Shown: positions 39,383-48,994 of the stretch, one piece after another
Layout of the letters: every line of letters begins with the position of its first letter
Numbering within the stretch: the stretch's first letter is position 1
From: Armatimonadota bacterium
GTDB taxonomy: Bacteria > Armatimonadota > Zipacnadia > UBA1398 > JAKPQA01
Reading direction: 5' to 3'
DNA length: 64,000 nt
Assembly (NCBI GenBank): GCA_029547025.1
Contig: JAKPQA010000085.1
Location: forward strand, 6,585-70,584
Notes under the pieces: model-generated
Told to the model about the DNA's origin: nothing
Databases searched by the model: none
The model's input: only the letters and a program-made list of their open reading frames with translations
Translations under genes and position numbers: made by a program

Positions 39383-41977
39383 TCACCGTGTGCGGAGATG
39401 CACGATTCTCACGTCGCCGGACGGCACGGACAGGCGCACGCGGGTTGAGTGCGCATCAGTCCGAACGTCGAGCGCGGTGCCCGCGACCCACTCGTCGGCG
39501 CCCACACAGGGCTCGTCGAGCTCCACGAGTACGGCGGCCGTCTCCTCTTCCCGGATCCACGGCATTCCACGGGGCTGTTTGTAGGCCCCCCGGTTGTTGA
39601 GCAGGCCAACGACCCAGCCGTCGGCAGCGCGGTTCACCATCCACTGCACGCCGGGGCTGACCCTGACGGGGACAAGTCCACTGGTCACGTGGCGGAGCAG
39701 GTGGTCCATGAGGCCGAGTGGCTCCTGGTTGCTGTCCAGGAGATAGTGCGGGGTCGTAAGCACCACGTGCCCGGCTCCCACGCGGTGATCGGACACCAGG
39801 ACATCGTTCGAGCCGGGGACGGTAACCACGGGGCGGGCGCCGTGCATCTCGGCAACGGCATAATCGAACTCCGCCGAGCGCATGGTGGAGCCGTCGAGAT
39901 GGCAGATGGCCTCAGTGGCGCGACGCACCTCACCGGTCAGGGCGGCCCCAGTCAGCAAGGTCGGGAGGGAGGAGCCCACCTGCCGGGCGTTGGCAACCAG
40001 AGTGCCTCCGGCACGCACGTAGTCGTCGAGCCGCTGGGCCAACGCGCCGTCGATGCGCACCTCGCCGACCAGGATCGCCACGGGGTAGTTGCCGAGTGTG
40101 TGGCATGTGGCGGTCGTCAAGCCGTCGAAGATGTCCCCGTACGGGGTCTCGGTGAGGTACCCTCGCTCGAGCTTCTCCAGGCCGAGCCCTGCGTCCTCCG
40201 GCTCCCAACCAGTTCCGGGTTCGTGCCAAGGGTACACCAGGTTGAAGAAGTGATCCATCATGCGATCGCCGTCGGACAACGGTAGGCGTCCCCAGATTCG
40301 GTGAGGCGCGCAGCCCCGCGGCGACCACCCATGCGCGAAGTCGAGGATCACGGCGACAGGGGTGTAGGGTGTGCCCCGGTCCTTCTCGCGGTCCAGGCGG
40401 AACAGGCGCTCGGCCATCTCGCCCACGGGCGACAAGCGCCACTTCTCCGGCTGACCGGACGTCTCGAAGCCGGCCAGTTGGCGGAGGGCGCTCTCGCGCA
40501 TCACCAGCAACCGGTAGTTCTCGAACCACAACATGTTCGCGCCCGCCAGCCAGGTCGCGTAGCAGAAGCGCTTGTGGAGCATGGGCGAGTGCCCGCTGAA
40601 CATGGCCGCATCGGCTTCGAGGACCTCGGGGACGTAGGAGTAGTCCGTCACGGTGCCGGCGAACCATGAAGAGAGATCGATGCCCCACGGCTTGCCAGAC
40701 TCCCTTCCCGCGCCGCGCGTGAAGGCGATTTGGAGGTTCGTGCAGGGGATGTTCTCGCCGATCTCTGCCACGACCGAGGAGGCACCCCATGCGAACGCGT
40801 GGTGGTGGAAGAAGCGGTAGCCGTCCAGAGCCATAACGGCGCGCTTCACCGGTGTCGTGTCGGCCAGCTCCTCGTACCTCTGTCTCAGGCGTTCGAGTCC
40901 CTCATAGCGGTCGCGGATTGGGCCACCGAACCAGTCGCGCATATCCATGCGTATAAGCCCGTCGCCCCACTCGTTGAGTGGCCCACCGGGCCCGAGCTTC
41001 AGGCCGTAGAACCCAAGAAAGCGATCACGGGCGCTGGCCACGATACGCCGCTGCACACGCTGGGTCTCCGGGTCAAGCGACGGCTCAAGGGTGAACGGTC
41101 TGCGTTCGCCTGCCATGAGGCCCCGGTCGTTGGGCGCGAACAGCCAGGCCGCGTCAGCGAAGACCGGGTGGTCGGCCATACCCCACTCGTGCCATTCATC
41201 AGGACGGTACTCGGCCAGATGCCAGAACGTCCGGCCCGCGATCTCAATCGGCCGCCACGCGTCGGCGATTCTGAAGGCCGTGTCGCGCCCGCCGAGCGGG
41301 CGGCACGCGGGCTCGAGTTCAGCCTCGCGGGCACGGATGCTGATGTTGTCCAGCATGAAGCCCCAGCGGCTGTCCGGTCCCACCGCCGCCGCGTCGAAAC
41401 GGATCCTCCCGCGCACCATGGGGTCGTGTGGGAATGCGGCCCGCCAGCAGATGCGGCCCGTGTCGCGTTCGGCAACGATGATCACCGCCGTGGTGTCCTG
41501 GCAGAAGACGGTGACGTGGTACCACCGGTCATCCTCGGGGGCGAGGCGTGCCCCAGAGCGCCGGCAGTCCCACCGCCCGCCGTAGTGGCTCCATGCGCCA
41601 CCGGAGTACTCGACGTACCAGGCGGCGCCGTCCCACTCCTGCTCCGGCGCACTCTGCGTCACCTGGCACGATACGCAGTTGGCATAGCCTCCCAGGCGCT
41701 CCGCCGCGGGCTGCAGGTAGTCGAACTCGACCACATGGAACGGAGGCACCTCGGCCAGTGAGGTGAGGGTGCATCCACCGCCTATCCCGAGTAGGTGCAG
41801 GACGCCATTCTCGACGCGAACGAACGAGCCCGGCGTCTCGCTGGCGTGCACGTCCCACTTGCTGGCATCGACACCGGAGCCCCCGAAGTCGTCCTCGAGG
41901 ATGGACCGAGCGCCCAATGGGGCACACAGGGTGACCAGGGCCACGACAAGGAAACCAGTGAGCATGATGTTGACCAC
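39383..41977 (-). CDS. Secreted putative glycoside hydrolase-like protein (N-terminal lectin/LamG-like sandwich, TIM-barrel-like core, class I GATase-like/trimerisation-type C-terminus)
   Basis: GTG start after GAGG, signal peptide, EDDF...KW...VENGVL...WYHV...LDNISI lectin-like pattern, LDDYVRAGGTLV. Confidence 0.55.
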   Translation of the reverse strand: MVNIMLTGFLVVALVTLCAPLGARSILEDDFGGSGVDASKWDVHASETPGSFVRVENGVLHLLGIGGGCTLTSLAEVPPFHVVEFDYLQPAAERLGGYANCVSCQVTQSAPEQEWDGAAWYVEYSGGAWSHYGGRWDCRRSGARLAPEDDRWYHVTVFCQDTTAVIIVAERDTGRICWRAAFPHDPMVRGRIRFDAAAVGPDSRWGFMLDNISIRAREAELEPACRPLGGRDTAFRIADAWRPIEIAGRTFWHLAEYRPDEWHEWGMADHPVFADAAWLFAPNDRGLMAGERRPFTLEPSLDPETQRVQRRIVASARDRFLGFYGLKLGPGGPLNEWGDGLIRMDMRDWFGGPIRDRYEGLERLRQRYEELADTTPVKRAVMALDGYRFFHHHAFAWGASSVVAEIGENIPCTNLQIAFTRGAGRESGKPWGIDLSSWFAGTVTDYSYVPEVLEADAAMFSGHSPMLHKRFCYATWLAGANMLWFENYRLLVMRESALRQLAGFETSGQPEKWRLSPVGEMAERLFRLDREKDRGTPYTPVAVILDFAHGWSPRGCAPHRIWGRLPLSDGDRMMDHFFNLVYPWHEPGTGWEPEDAGLGLEKLERGYLTETPYGDIFDGLTTATCHTLGNYPVAILVGEVRIDGALAQRLDDYVRAGGTLVANARQVGSSLPTLLTGAALTGEVRRATEAICHLDGSTMRSAEFDYAVAEMHGARPVVTVPGSNDVLVSDHRVGAGHVVLTTPHYLLDSNQEPLGLMDHLLRHVTSGLVPVRVSPGVQWMVNRAADGWVVGLLNNRGAYKQPRGMPWIREEETAAVLVELDEPCVGADEWVAGTALDVRTDAHSTRVRLSVPSGDVRIVHLRTR

Positions 41978-41996
41978 TGATGGTACCTCGGTCCGC

Positions 41997-43793
41997 TCAG
42001 GCGGTGAGAAACTGCACTGCAACGCGGTGACGCCCGATGGGCACCGGGAAGTAGGCCCAGTTGGACGCGCATTCGGTCACGCGTTTCGGGATCACATCCG
42101 CGGATTCGACGAAGCAACGCGCGCCGACGGATTGGCCCAGACACACCCGGATGACGCACCCCGATGGGTCGGGACAGTCGACGACAAACTCGAGCAGGTT
42201 CCCGTCGAAGAGGGCGTCCTCGACCGTAGTCGCGTCGCGGTTCATCCACCACTCGTTGAGTCGATCGCTGCCCATGTATGCCACCGTGGCCCCGAGCTCG
42301 TCGACATAGCGAAGAAGCTCATCGATGGCCTCGCGGCACCCGGGAGAACCGGCGATGTAGACCGGGTGGTAGAACAGGCACATCGTGAGACGACCGGCGA
42401 GGGCCAGATCGACCGCACGACGTACCGCGGCGGGATCGCACTGCTCGTCCTGGTACCCGACTTCGTACCCCGTGATGGCCTCCTGGACGAAGGGCAGGCG
42501 CCGGTTACCGTGGCGCCAGTCGTCCCACACGTGCCGGGGGAAAGCAGTACCGAAAGAGAATCCGGTCACGTTGGTGGGGTTCATCCCGACGGGCTCGGGA
42601 CCGAACCACGAGTTGTCGCCGGTCCCACCCGTGGCCGCGATCCACCGGGCGGGATCGGCCCACCCGCACCATCGGCACCAGTGGTTCACCGAGCACCGCG
42701 AGCTTCGGCCGAATGCCCGCATGAACTGGTCTGCTTGGGCCCGCACATCGTGTTCGGTGAACCCGCACGGATGGCTGAACCCGTCGACAAAGTTGTAGTG
42801 CAGCGCGAGCTCGTGGCCGTTGGCCTCGATGTGAGCGGCCTCCTGGGCGCTCACCGCGAACCCCTCACCGACGGGCATCAGGTTGATGTGATAGGGCAGG
42901 CCCCGGCTCCGCATGAAGTCCGACGCGGGCACCTGATTGCCGGCCTCGCCCTCATCGTCGCCGCCGAAGTAGAACACGGCGTCCGCCACCCGCCCTCCGG
43001 CGGGTGGGAGGGCGTCAACCATGGGGATTGGCCTGAGGCCCAGGATGACCCGGAGGAGTGATTGGAGCACGTCGGTGTACGGCACGGCCACATCGTTGTC
43101 GCCGACAATGCGGGCGTCCATCGCTCGCAGGTAGCCATCGCCATCATAGTCGCGGTCGATCGGTCTTCCCTGGTGGATCGCCCACATCGTCTGGGCGACA
43201 TCGAAGGCAAAATAGCAGGCGTAGCCCGCCCCGACACGCCGGAGCGTAACCCCGGCGTACGGGGTCTCCACAGCGCGCCTGCCACAGGTTGGCGCATCGG
43301 GCGATGGCTCCATCACCGTTGCGAGAGTCTCGACGCCCTCATCGTCAGCAACCACCAGCCGCACGGGGGAAACCACGAGGAGCGGCTGGTCCTCGAACCC
43401 GGCGGGATGCACATCGGAGGCCAAGTTGCAGTCGGTGAGCCGAAGGTAGGCCGCGATGCCAAAGTCGCCTTCGGGCTGCTTCAGGCAGCCCTCCACGCGG
43501 ATGCCGAACAGCTCTTCGAGCCCAACCGTCGCAAAGCCAATGAGTATCCCCCCGGCCCGGACCCATGCTTCCGCGGCTGACGGGACCGTGGGCGAGACGC
43601 CCGGATGGGAGCCGGCCACGACCACAGCATACCCGGCCAGACGGATCAGGTCCCGCGCATCGGCCGGGGCCAGACGTTCGGGCGTGATACCGAGACGCCG
43701 CAGGATCTCCTCCGTGTACACCGGCCAGTAGTTGCGGCCGGCTGCGTTCGCATCGCTGTGCGCCTGCGCGTCGTACACCCACGCGACTCGCAT
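41997..43793 (-). CDS. Polysaccharide deacetylase-like (NodB-fold) protein with an N-terminal GATase-like domain
   Basis: FYFGGDDE, GHELALH metal motif, CLFYHP, WVRAGGILIG. AGGAGG RBS. Confidence 0.6.
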   Translation of the reverse strand: MRVAWVYDAQAHSDANAAGRNYWPVYTEEILRRLGITPERLAPADARDLIRLAGYAVVVAGSHPGVSPTVPSAAEAWVRAGGILIGFATVGLEELFGIRVEGCLKQPEGDFGIAAYLRLTDCNLASDVHPAGFEDQPLLVVSPVRLVVADDEGVETLATVMEPSPDAPTCGRRAVETPYAGVTLRRVGAGYACYFAFDVAQTMWAIHQGRPIDRDYDGDGYLRAMDARIVGDNDVAVPYTDVLQSLLRVILGLRPIPMVDALPPAGGRVADAVFYFGGDDEGEAGNQVPASDFMRSRGLPYHINLMPVGEGFAVSAQEAAHIEANGHELALHYNFVDGFSHPCGFTEHDVRAQADQFMRAFGRSSRCSVNHWCRWCGWADPARWIAATGGTGDNSWFGPEPVGMNPTNVTGFSFGTAFPRHVWDDWRHGNRRLPFVQEAITGYEVGYQDEQCDPAAVRRAVDLALAGRLTMCLFYHPVYIAGSPGCREAIDELLRYVDELGATVAYMGSDRLNEWWMNRDATTVEDALFDGNLLEFVVDCPDPSGCVIRVCLGQSVGARCFVESADVIPKRVTECASNWAYFPVPIGRHRVAVQFLTA

Positions 43794-43849
43794 CGGCCTC
43801 CTGGGGGAGCCAACCAAGGGGCTCACTGCCTCTCGCAACTGGGCTGAAC

Positions 43850-45007
43850 CTATGCGAGCCGCTCGACGGCCCGGCGAAGCCGATCGGCCTGAGCGGCGAC
43901 GGCGTCGTCGGGCTGGAACGGGTAGCCCAGTATGATGTTCGGGAACAGGGCTTCCACCTTGGGGCACAACCCATCCGGGTACTGGTTGCCCGTGCCCTCG
44001 TAGAGTGGGCAGTCCAGCGGGCAGCCCCGCCCGGCGCCCAGCCGTTCGGCGATGAGCGGGTGACGGTAGGCCGGCATGTTCGTATAGCCCATTCCGATGC
44101 CGACCTGCTCCTCCTCGAGCACCCGGGCGAAGTCGTCACGGGGAAGGCCTATCCGCTCGCCGTGGAAGGTAGCGCCCCAGAGGTGGAAACTGTGCTCGGC
44201 CTCGGCCGGCCCTCGCTGGAGGTCGATGAACTCGCAGTCGGCCACCGCAGCATCCAGCATGGCGGCGGCGCGGCGGAGGCCCTCGATGTAGCCCGGCAAG
44301 CGCTCGAGCTGGGCGATGCCGATGGCGGCCACGGGTTCGGACATCCGGTAGTTGTAGTGCATCCCATATGCCACGGACATGAACGTCGGCGCCCCCGCAT
44401 GCAGGTTCAGCTTCCCCGCGAGCTCATCGTTGTCCGTCAGCGCCATACCGCCATCACCCAGACCCATCTGCTTGCTGGCTTGGAAGCTGAAGGACCCGAT
44501 GTCCCCCCACGTGCCGACGCACTTGCCCTTGTACCGTGTCAGCAGAGCATGGGCACAGTCCTCGATGACCACGATGCCATGCCGGTGTGCCACCTCGACG
44601 ATGCGGTCAATCTCGGCAGGTAGACCGCAGACGTGGGTCACGATGAGTGCCTTGGTCCGCTCGGTGATGCGCGCCTCGATGGCGTCGGGATCCATGTTCC
44701 ACGTCACCGGGTTGACGTCCACGAAGACGGGAATGGCGTTCGCATACATCGTGGCCATGGCGCCGAACACGCACACGGGATCGCAGATGACCTCGTCCCC
44801 CGCCCCGGCTCCAGCCGAGATGACGGAGGCATGCAGCACCGACATGGCACAGTTCATGGCCACACCGTGCTTCGCGCCATGGGCCTCAGCGAAAGCCTTC
44901 TGAAAGCGCGGGGTAAGCTGGCCGCCATCGAGGATGGAGAGATGCCCCGACTGCAGCACCTCGCGAACCAGACCGAGGTCTCGGTCATCGAACACTCGAG
45001 TGGGCAT
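43850..45007 (-). CDS. DegT/DnrJ/EryC1/StrS PLP-dependent (amino-sugar) aminotransferase
   Basis: GAGDEVI, PVFVDV, IEDCAHA, SFQASKQMGLGDGG (PLP Lys), NYRMSE. Confidence 0.93.
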   Translation of the reverse strand: MPTRVFDDRDLGLVREVLQSGHLSILDGGQLTPRFQKAFAEAHGAKHGVAMNCAMSVLHASVISAGAGAGDEVICDPVCVFGAMATMYANAIPVFVDVNPVTWNMDPDAIEARITERTKALIVTHVCGLPAEIDRIVEVAHRHGIVVIEDCAHALLTRYKGKCVGTWGDIGSFSFQASKQMGLGDGGMALTDNDELAGKLNLHAGAPTFMSVAYGMHYNYRMSEPVAAIGIAQLERLPGYIEGLRRAAAMLDAAVADCEFIDLQRGPAEAEHSFHLWGATFHGERIGLPRDDFARVLEEEQVGIGMGYTNMPAYRHPLIAERLGAGRGCPLDCPLYEGTGNQYPDGLCPKVEALFPNIILGYPFQPDDAVAAQADRLRRAVERLA

Positions 45008-45167
45008 GGGGTCCTCCGAAGGGTGCGGGGTGTCCGGACGATCCGGATGAGCGGGGCTTCTGCCCCTCCGCGTGGAGTTCCTGCGGGGTGCCGAGCCTGC
45101 GGCGGGCGCAGGGCATGGTGGCGCACCAGGCGAAGGGGACCCCGCTCCGCTCCGCGGCGATCCGTCG

Positions 45168-48100
45168 ATGCGAAAGGTGGGGCTCGATTTGGTCGGTATC
45201 TGGTTGGGTAGTGCCCTCGTGATCGGGGCGGCGACGCCATCCGCAGCGGGGGAGTCCCGCTCGGACGACGCGGTGGTTCGTTGGACGGACCGGACCATTG
45301 AACTCGAGACACGCGCTGTCCTGCTGCGCCTCGACATGCCAGCCGCCGGTGGCTTGCGCCGGTCGGCGTGGGTGAACCGATCCACGGGCGTGGATGTCGT
45401 TGCGGGCGGGACACAGGCCGACTTCTCCGTCACGGTCGACGGGCAGCTGTTGTCCTCGACCGATGCATCGTTCGTCGTCAAGAGCGTTGCGTGCCAACGC
45501 ACCGAGCACGGTGCGCTGCATGTCACGCTTCGCGTCGCGCATCCCAAAGTGGGCATCGCGCGCCACTATGTGGTTCATCCGGGCATTGGCCTGATCCGGG
45601 GGTGGCTGGAGATCTCCAATGTCGCCAGGACCCCCGTGCGCGTGGGCGAGCCCTCGATCGCTGGAGCGCGACATGGTGGCCGCGAGCTCGACCTGCTCTG
45701 GATGAGCGGTGCTGAACTTCCCGGCGACTCATGGCGGATGCGACGCGAGCCCCTGCGCGGTGCCCGCCGCGTGTTTGACTCATACGATAGCCCGCCCGGG
45801 GCCACGAGTGCGGCTCTCCCGGGCGACGGCGTCGACACGCAGATTCGTCTCAACGATCGCGTGATCTGGCCCGAGGCGGGCTGGGCGCACTCGGCGCACT
45901 CGAACGACCCCGTCAGCCACGATGTGACCGTGGAGCTGCGTCAGGGAGACCGGGTCGAGTTCGTACTGGCTCGGGCAGGCCACATGACATGTGACACCAC
46001 CGAGTGGGACCCCGTCATCGAGTTCGCCGACGGCGAGCGCTTCCAGGCGTCGGCTGGCTTCAGCGACGTTCAGGGAGCGCGGGACTGGTCCTATGAATAT
46101 GAGAGCGATGGCGGCCAGCGCACCCCATGCGTGTATGACCCCGCTCCCGGGCGGTACGGACAGCGCTGGCGCCGGGCCATCGGCGTGATCGAGCCGTTCA
46201 TCTCAGCCACGGAGATGCACCCCGACCCTGAAGGCCGCGCAGTCCGTGTGTTTGCGTCCTCGCGAACGGGGAAGGCTACCATCCGCGGCACCGTTCGGAA
46301 CACGGGCAATGGTGGGCCGGCGGGCCAAGGCTTCCGCTTGGGCACCATGACCTACGTACCATGGTTCTGCGTGATGGATGCCGACACGCGGACAGGAGCC
46401 TATGTCGGGTTCGACTGCATGGCCCATTGGCGGGCCGAGCTCGGCGAGGACGGTTCGGTGGCCGTGTTCCTCGCCGGGTACTCGAGAGAGCTGGCGCCCG
46501 GCGGTACTATCCGGACGCCGTATTCCTTCATGGGGCTGTTCACAGAAGACCTGGACGAGATGGGTCAGGACATCCTCGAGTGGCAGTACCGCCACCTGTG
46601 GGACTACACGCGCGAGCCATGGTTTCCAGCCACTCGCATGCTCGGATACTGGATGAAGGGCACTGCGTGGGGCAGACAGAGCTGGGTCGGTGGCCAGCCG
46701 GACTACGAATCCACCTTCCGCAAGGTGTTCCGGACTGCCGACTTCATGCGCTATGTCGGCGGCGATACGTACCACCGCGACTGGGGCTGGTGGGACCGGG
46801 CGGGCGACTGGAACGGGCCCGACTTCCGCACGACAGGTCGTTACCTGAGAGAGTATGGCATGGGCCAGCTCATCTATGCCTTCATCTACACCGTCGATCC
46901 CGAGTCAAGCGTCGCTCGCGCCCATCCTGAATGGCTGGCAGACCCGAATACGTTGGACCAGTCGATGCCGGAAGTCGTCGACTACCAGGTTGACCTGCTC
47001 GCCAGCTTCTACAAGCGTTGGGGCCCATTCCAGTGGCGAAATGACAGTGTCCCGCTCGGCCGGCGCGACGGGGACGACAGCGTGTTGCTGGGGCAGCAGC
47101 AGGGCCTCATGGAGACTCTGCGTCGGTTCCTCGACACCCACCCCGACTGCGCGTTCCAGGGCGTGAACGGCGGAGGCATGGGGCTCAATTGGGAGTACCT
47201 CGGCTATGCCAGCGGCTTCCAGTTCACGGACGGGCAAGCCGGGCAGCTGGCGAGCTACTACGCGACCTACCTGTTCCCGCCCGACAAGATCAATGACATG
47301 CCCGACATCTGGGATCCCGCCAAGTTTGATCCGGCCACATGGCGATCGCTTCTGTGCACCAATTTCGACATGACCGGCGACACGTTTGACCTCGCGCAAC
47401 TGGAGGGAATCCGCCAGATCGTCGACATCTACCACTACCTGCAGAGCCGCGGAGTCGTGGGGAGATGGGTGCGGGTGTACCATCCCACAGTGACAGGCGA
47501 TGACCCCACCATGTACCTCCAGCGTCTGAGCTGGGACCGGAAGCGGGGCATCATCATCACCAAGCACCGGATCACGGGAGTGGTCGTGGTCCACCCGAAA
47601 GGCCTCGAGCCCTACGAGCGGTATGAGGTCACACTCCAGGAGAGCCCTGAGTCGTTCGTGAGGACCGGGGCCCAGCTCATGGAGGATGGAGTCCGTCTGA
47701 GTGATCCGCCCCCCGGTGAGCTCATTTACCTGAACCTGTCGGATCACCCAGGGAATCGCGTCGACAGGACGCCGCCGGCGACGCCCGGGAGCGTGGCCTC
47801 CAGCGTCGCGCAGCATATGGGGGTCCCGGGCGTTGACCTGCGCTGGGCCCCCGCGGACGATGACTGCTGGCTCAGCTACTACGAGATCGCCCGCGACGGG
47901 AAGATCGTCGGCCGCGTCGCGAAGGGATGCTTCTACTTCGACCATTCCGCCGACGCCGACCCGGCGGCCGTCTACGCCGTCCGAGCGGTTGACGGGGCGG
48001 GCAATGTCTCGGCATGGGCTGCCGCGAAGCCTTGCGCGGGCCCGCGCCGCCAGGTGGTGCGCGCGGTGGGCGGCCAGGGCCTGCGCTTCACGGGGACCTG

Positions 48101-48434
48101 GGAGCCGGAGGCCGATCTGGACCCAATCGGCAACGGGACACTCTTGCGCGCGGCGGCTGCCGGCGCGTCGGCGACTCTATCCTTCACGGGGCGCGGCCTG
48201 GTGATCCACTCGCGCCTCGGAGAGCGGGGAGGGCTGGCCCGAATCGCCATCGACGACGAGGAACCCGTCGTGGTCAGCTGCTACAGCGCCGACGAGATCC
48301 CCCAGTGGCCGCTTTTCGAGCGCGGGTGGGATGCCTCGAGCGAGCACCACGTGCGAATCGAGTGCCTCGGGCAACCCGACGCCCGCGGTACCGGCACTAA
48401 CGTCTGGCTCGACGCGGTGGCGGTGCACCCGTGA
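45168..48434 (+). CDS. Secreted GH36/GH27-like (alpha-galactosidase-like) hydrolase with a fibronectin type III domain and a C-terminal beta-sandwich
   Basis: Signal peptide, HRDWGW and WRNDS barrel motifs, PKGLEPYERYEV...TGAQLMEDG GH36 C-terminal pattern, Fn3 DRTPPATP...YAVRAVDGAGNVS. Confidence 0.7.
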   Translation: MRKVGLDLVGIWLGSALVIGAATPSAAGESRSDDAVVRWTDRTIELETRAVLLRLDMPAAGGLRRSAWVNRSTGVDVVAGGTQADFSVTVDGQLLSSTDASFVVKSVACQRTEHGALHVTLRVAHPKVGIARHYVVHPGIGLIRGWLEISNVARTPVRVGEPSIAGARHGGRELDLLWMSGAELPGDSWRMRREPLRGARRVFDSYDSPPGATSAALPGDGVDTQIRLNDRVIWPEAGWAHSAHSNDPVSHDVTVELRQGDRVEFVLARAGHMTCDTTEWDPVIEFADGERFQASAGFSDVQGARDWSYEYESDGGQRTPCVYDPAPGRYGQRWRRAIGVIEPFISATEMHPDPEGRAVRVFASSRTGKATIRGTVRNTGNGGPAGQGFRLGTMTYVPWFCVMDADTRTGAYVGFDCMAHWRAELGEDGSVAVFLAGYSRELAPGGTIRTPYSFMGLFTEDLDEMGQDILEWQYRHLWDYTREPWFPATRMLGYWMKGTAWGRQSWVGGQPDYESTFRKVFRTADFMRYVGGDTYHRDWGWWDRAGDWNGPDFRTTGRYLREYGMGQLIYAFIYTVDPESSVARAHPEWLADPNTLDQSMPEVVDYQVDLLASFYKRWGPFQWRNDSVPLGRRDGDDSVLLGQQQGLMETLRRFLDTHPDCAFQGVNGGGMGLNWEYLGYASGFQFTDGQAGQLASYYATYLFPPDKINDMPDIWDPAKFDPATWRSLLCTNFDMTGDTFDLAQLEGIRQIVDIYHYLQSRGVVGRWVRVYHPTVTGDDPTMYLQRLSWDRKRGIIITKHRITGVVVVHPKGLEPYERYEVTLQESPESFVRTGAQLMEDGVRLSDPPPGELIYLNLSDHPGNRVDRTPPATPGSVASSVAQHMGVPGVDLRWAPADDDCWLSYYEIARDGKIVGRVAKGCFYFDHSADADPAAVYAVRAVDGAGNVSAWAAAKPCAGPRRQVVRAVGGQGLRFTGTWEPEADLDPIGNGTLLRAAAAGASATLSFTGRGLVIHSRLGERGGLARIAIDDEEPVVVSCYSADEIPQWPLFERGWDASSEHHVRIECLGQPDARGTGTNVWLDAVAVHP

Positions 48435-48994
48435 AGCACATTGTCGTGGTCGACTTCGCGACGGCATCGTGCATTCTCGGCGCCGTGAAGGATGTCGATG
48501 CGGTGGTGTCCATCGGCGATCCCGGCTCCGCTCCGCCTCCGACGCTCCACCGCGAGGGCCGCCAGATCCTGCGCCTCGAGTTCCACGATGTGGAGCGCGA
48601 CTCGGTGACGGCCGAAGAACTGATTGCCGCGGGTATTCCTTCGGTCGGCTTCACCCCGCCGAGCCGAGAGATGGTCCGTGAGCTGCTCGACTGGTCACCC
48701 AGGCTACTGGCAGGGGAGGGGACCCTCGTGTGTCACTGCCTGTCGGGCCTGTCGCGGAGCACCGCCTGCGCCGCGGTTCTTGCCGCCGTCGACCGCGGAC
48801 CGGGAGGCGAGCTGGCAGCCATGGCGACCGTGGCGAGCCGCACCCAGCACGTTTTTATGCCGAACCGGGCCATCCTGCGGCTTGCGGATGAGCTGCGGGG
48901 GCCAGGCTCACGGCTCCTCGAGGCGTACGACACGTGGCGTACATCCGACGGCGAATGGCTACAGGGGGCGTCGCATGGTTACCGTCCGGGGTAA
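48431..48994 (+). CDS. Predicted Cys-dependent protein-tyrosine/dual-specificity-type phosphatase (CX5R)
   Basis: VVSIGDP, LRLEFHD, HCLSGLSRSTA P-loop, PNRAIL. GTGA overlap with the upstream gene. Confidence 0.88.
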   Translation: MKHIVVVDFATASCILGAVKDVDAVVSIGDPGSAPPPTLHREGRQILRLEFHDVERDSVTAEELIAAGIPSVGFTPPSREMVRELLDWSPRLLAGEGTLVCHCLSGLSRSTACAAVLAAVDRGPGGELAAMATVASRTQHVFMPNRAILRLADELRGPGSRLLEAYDTWRTSDGEWLQGASHGYRPG

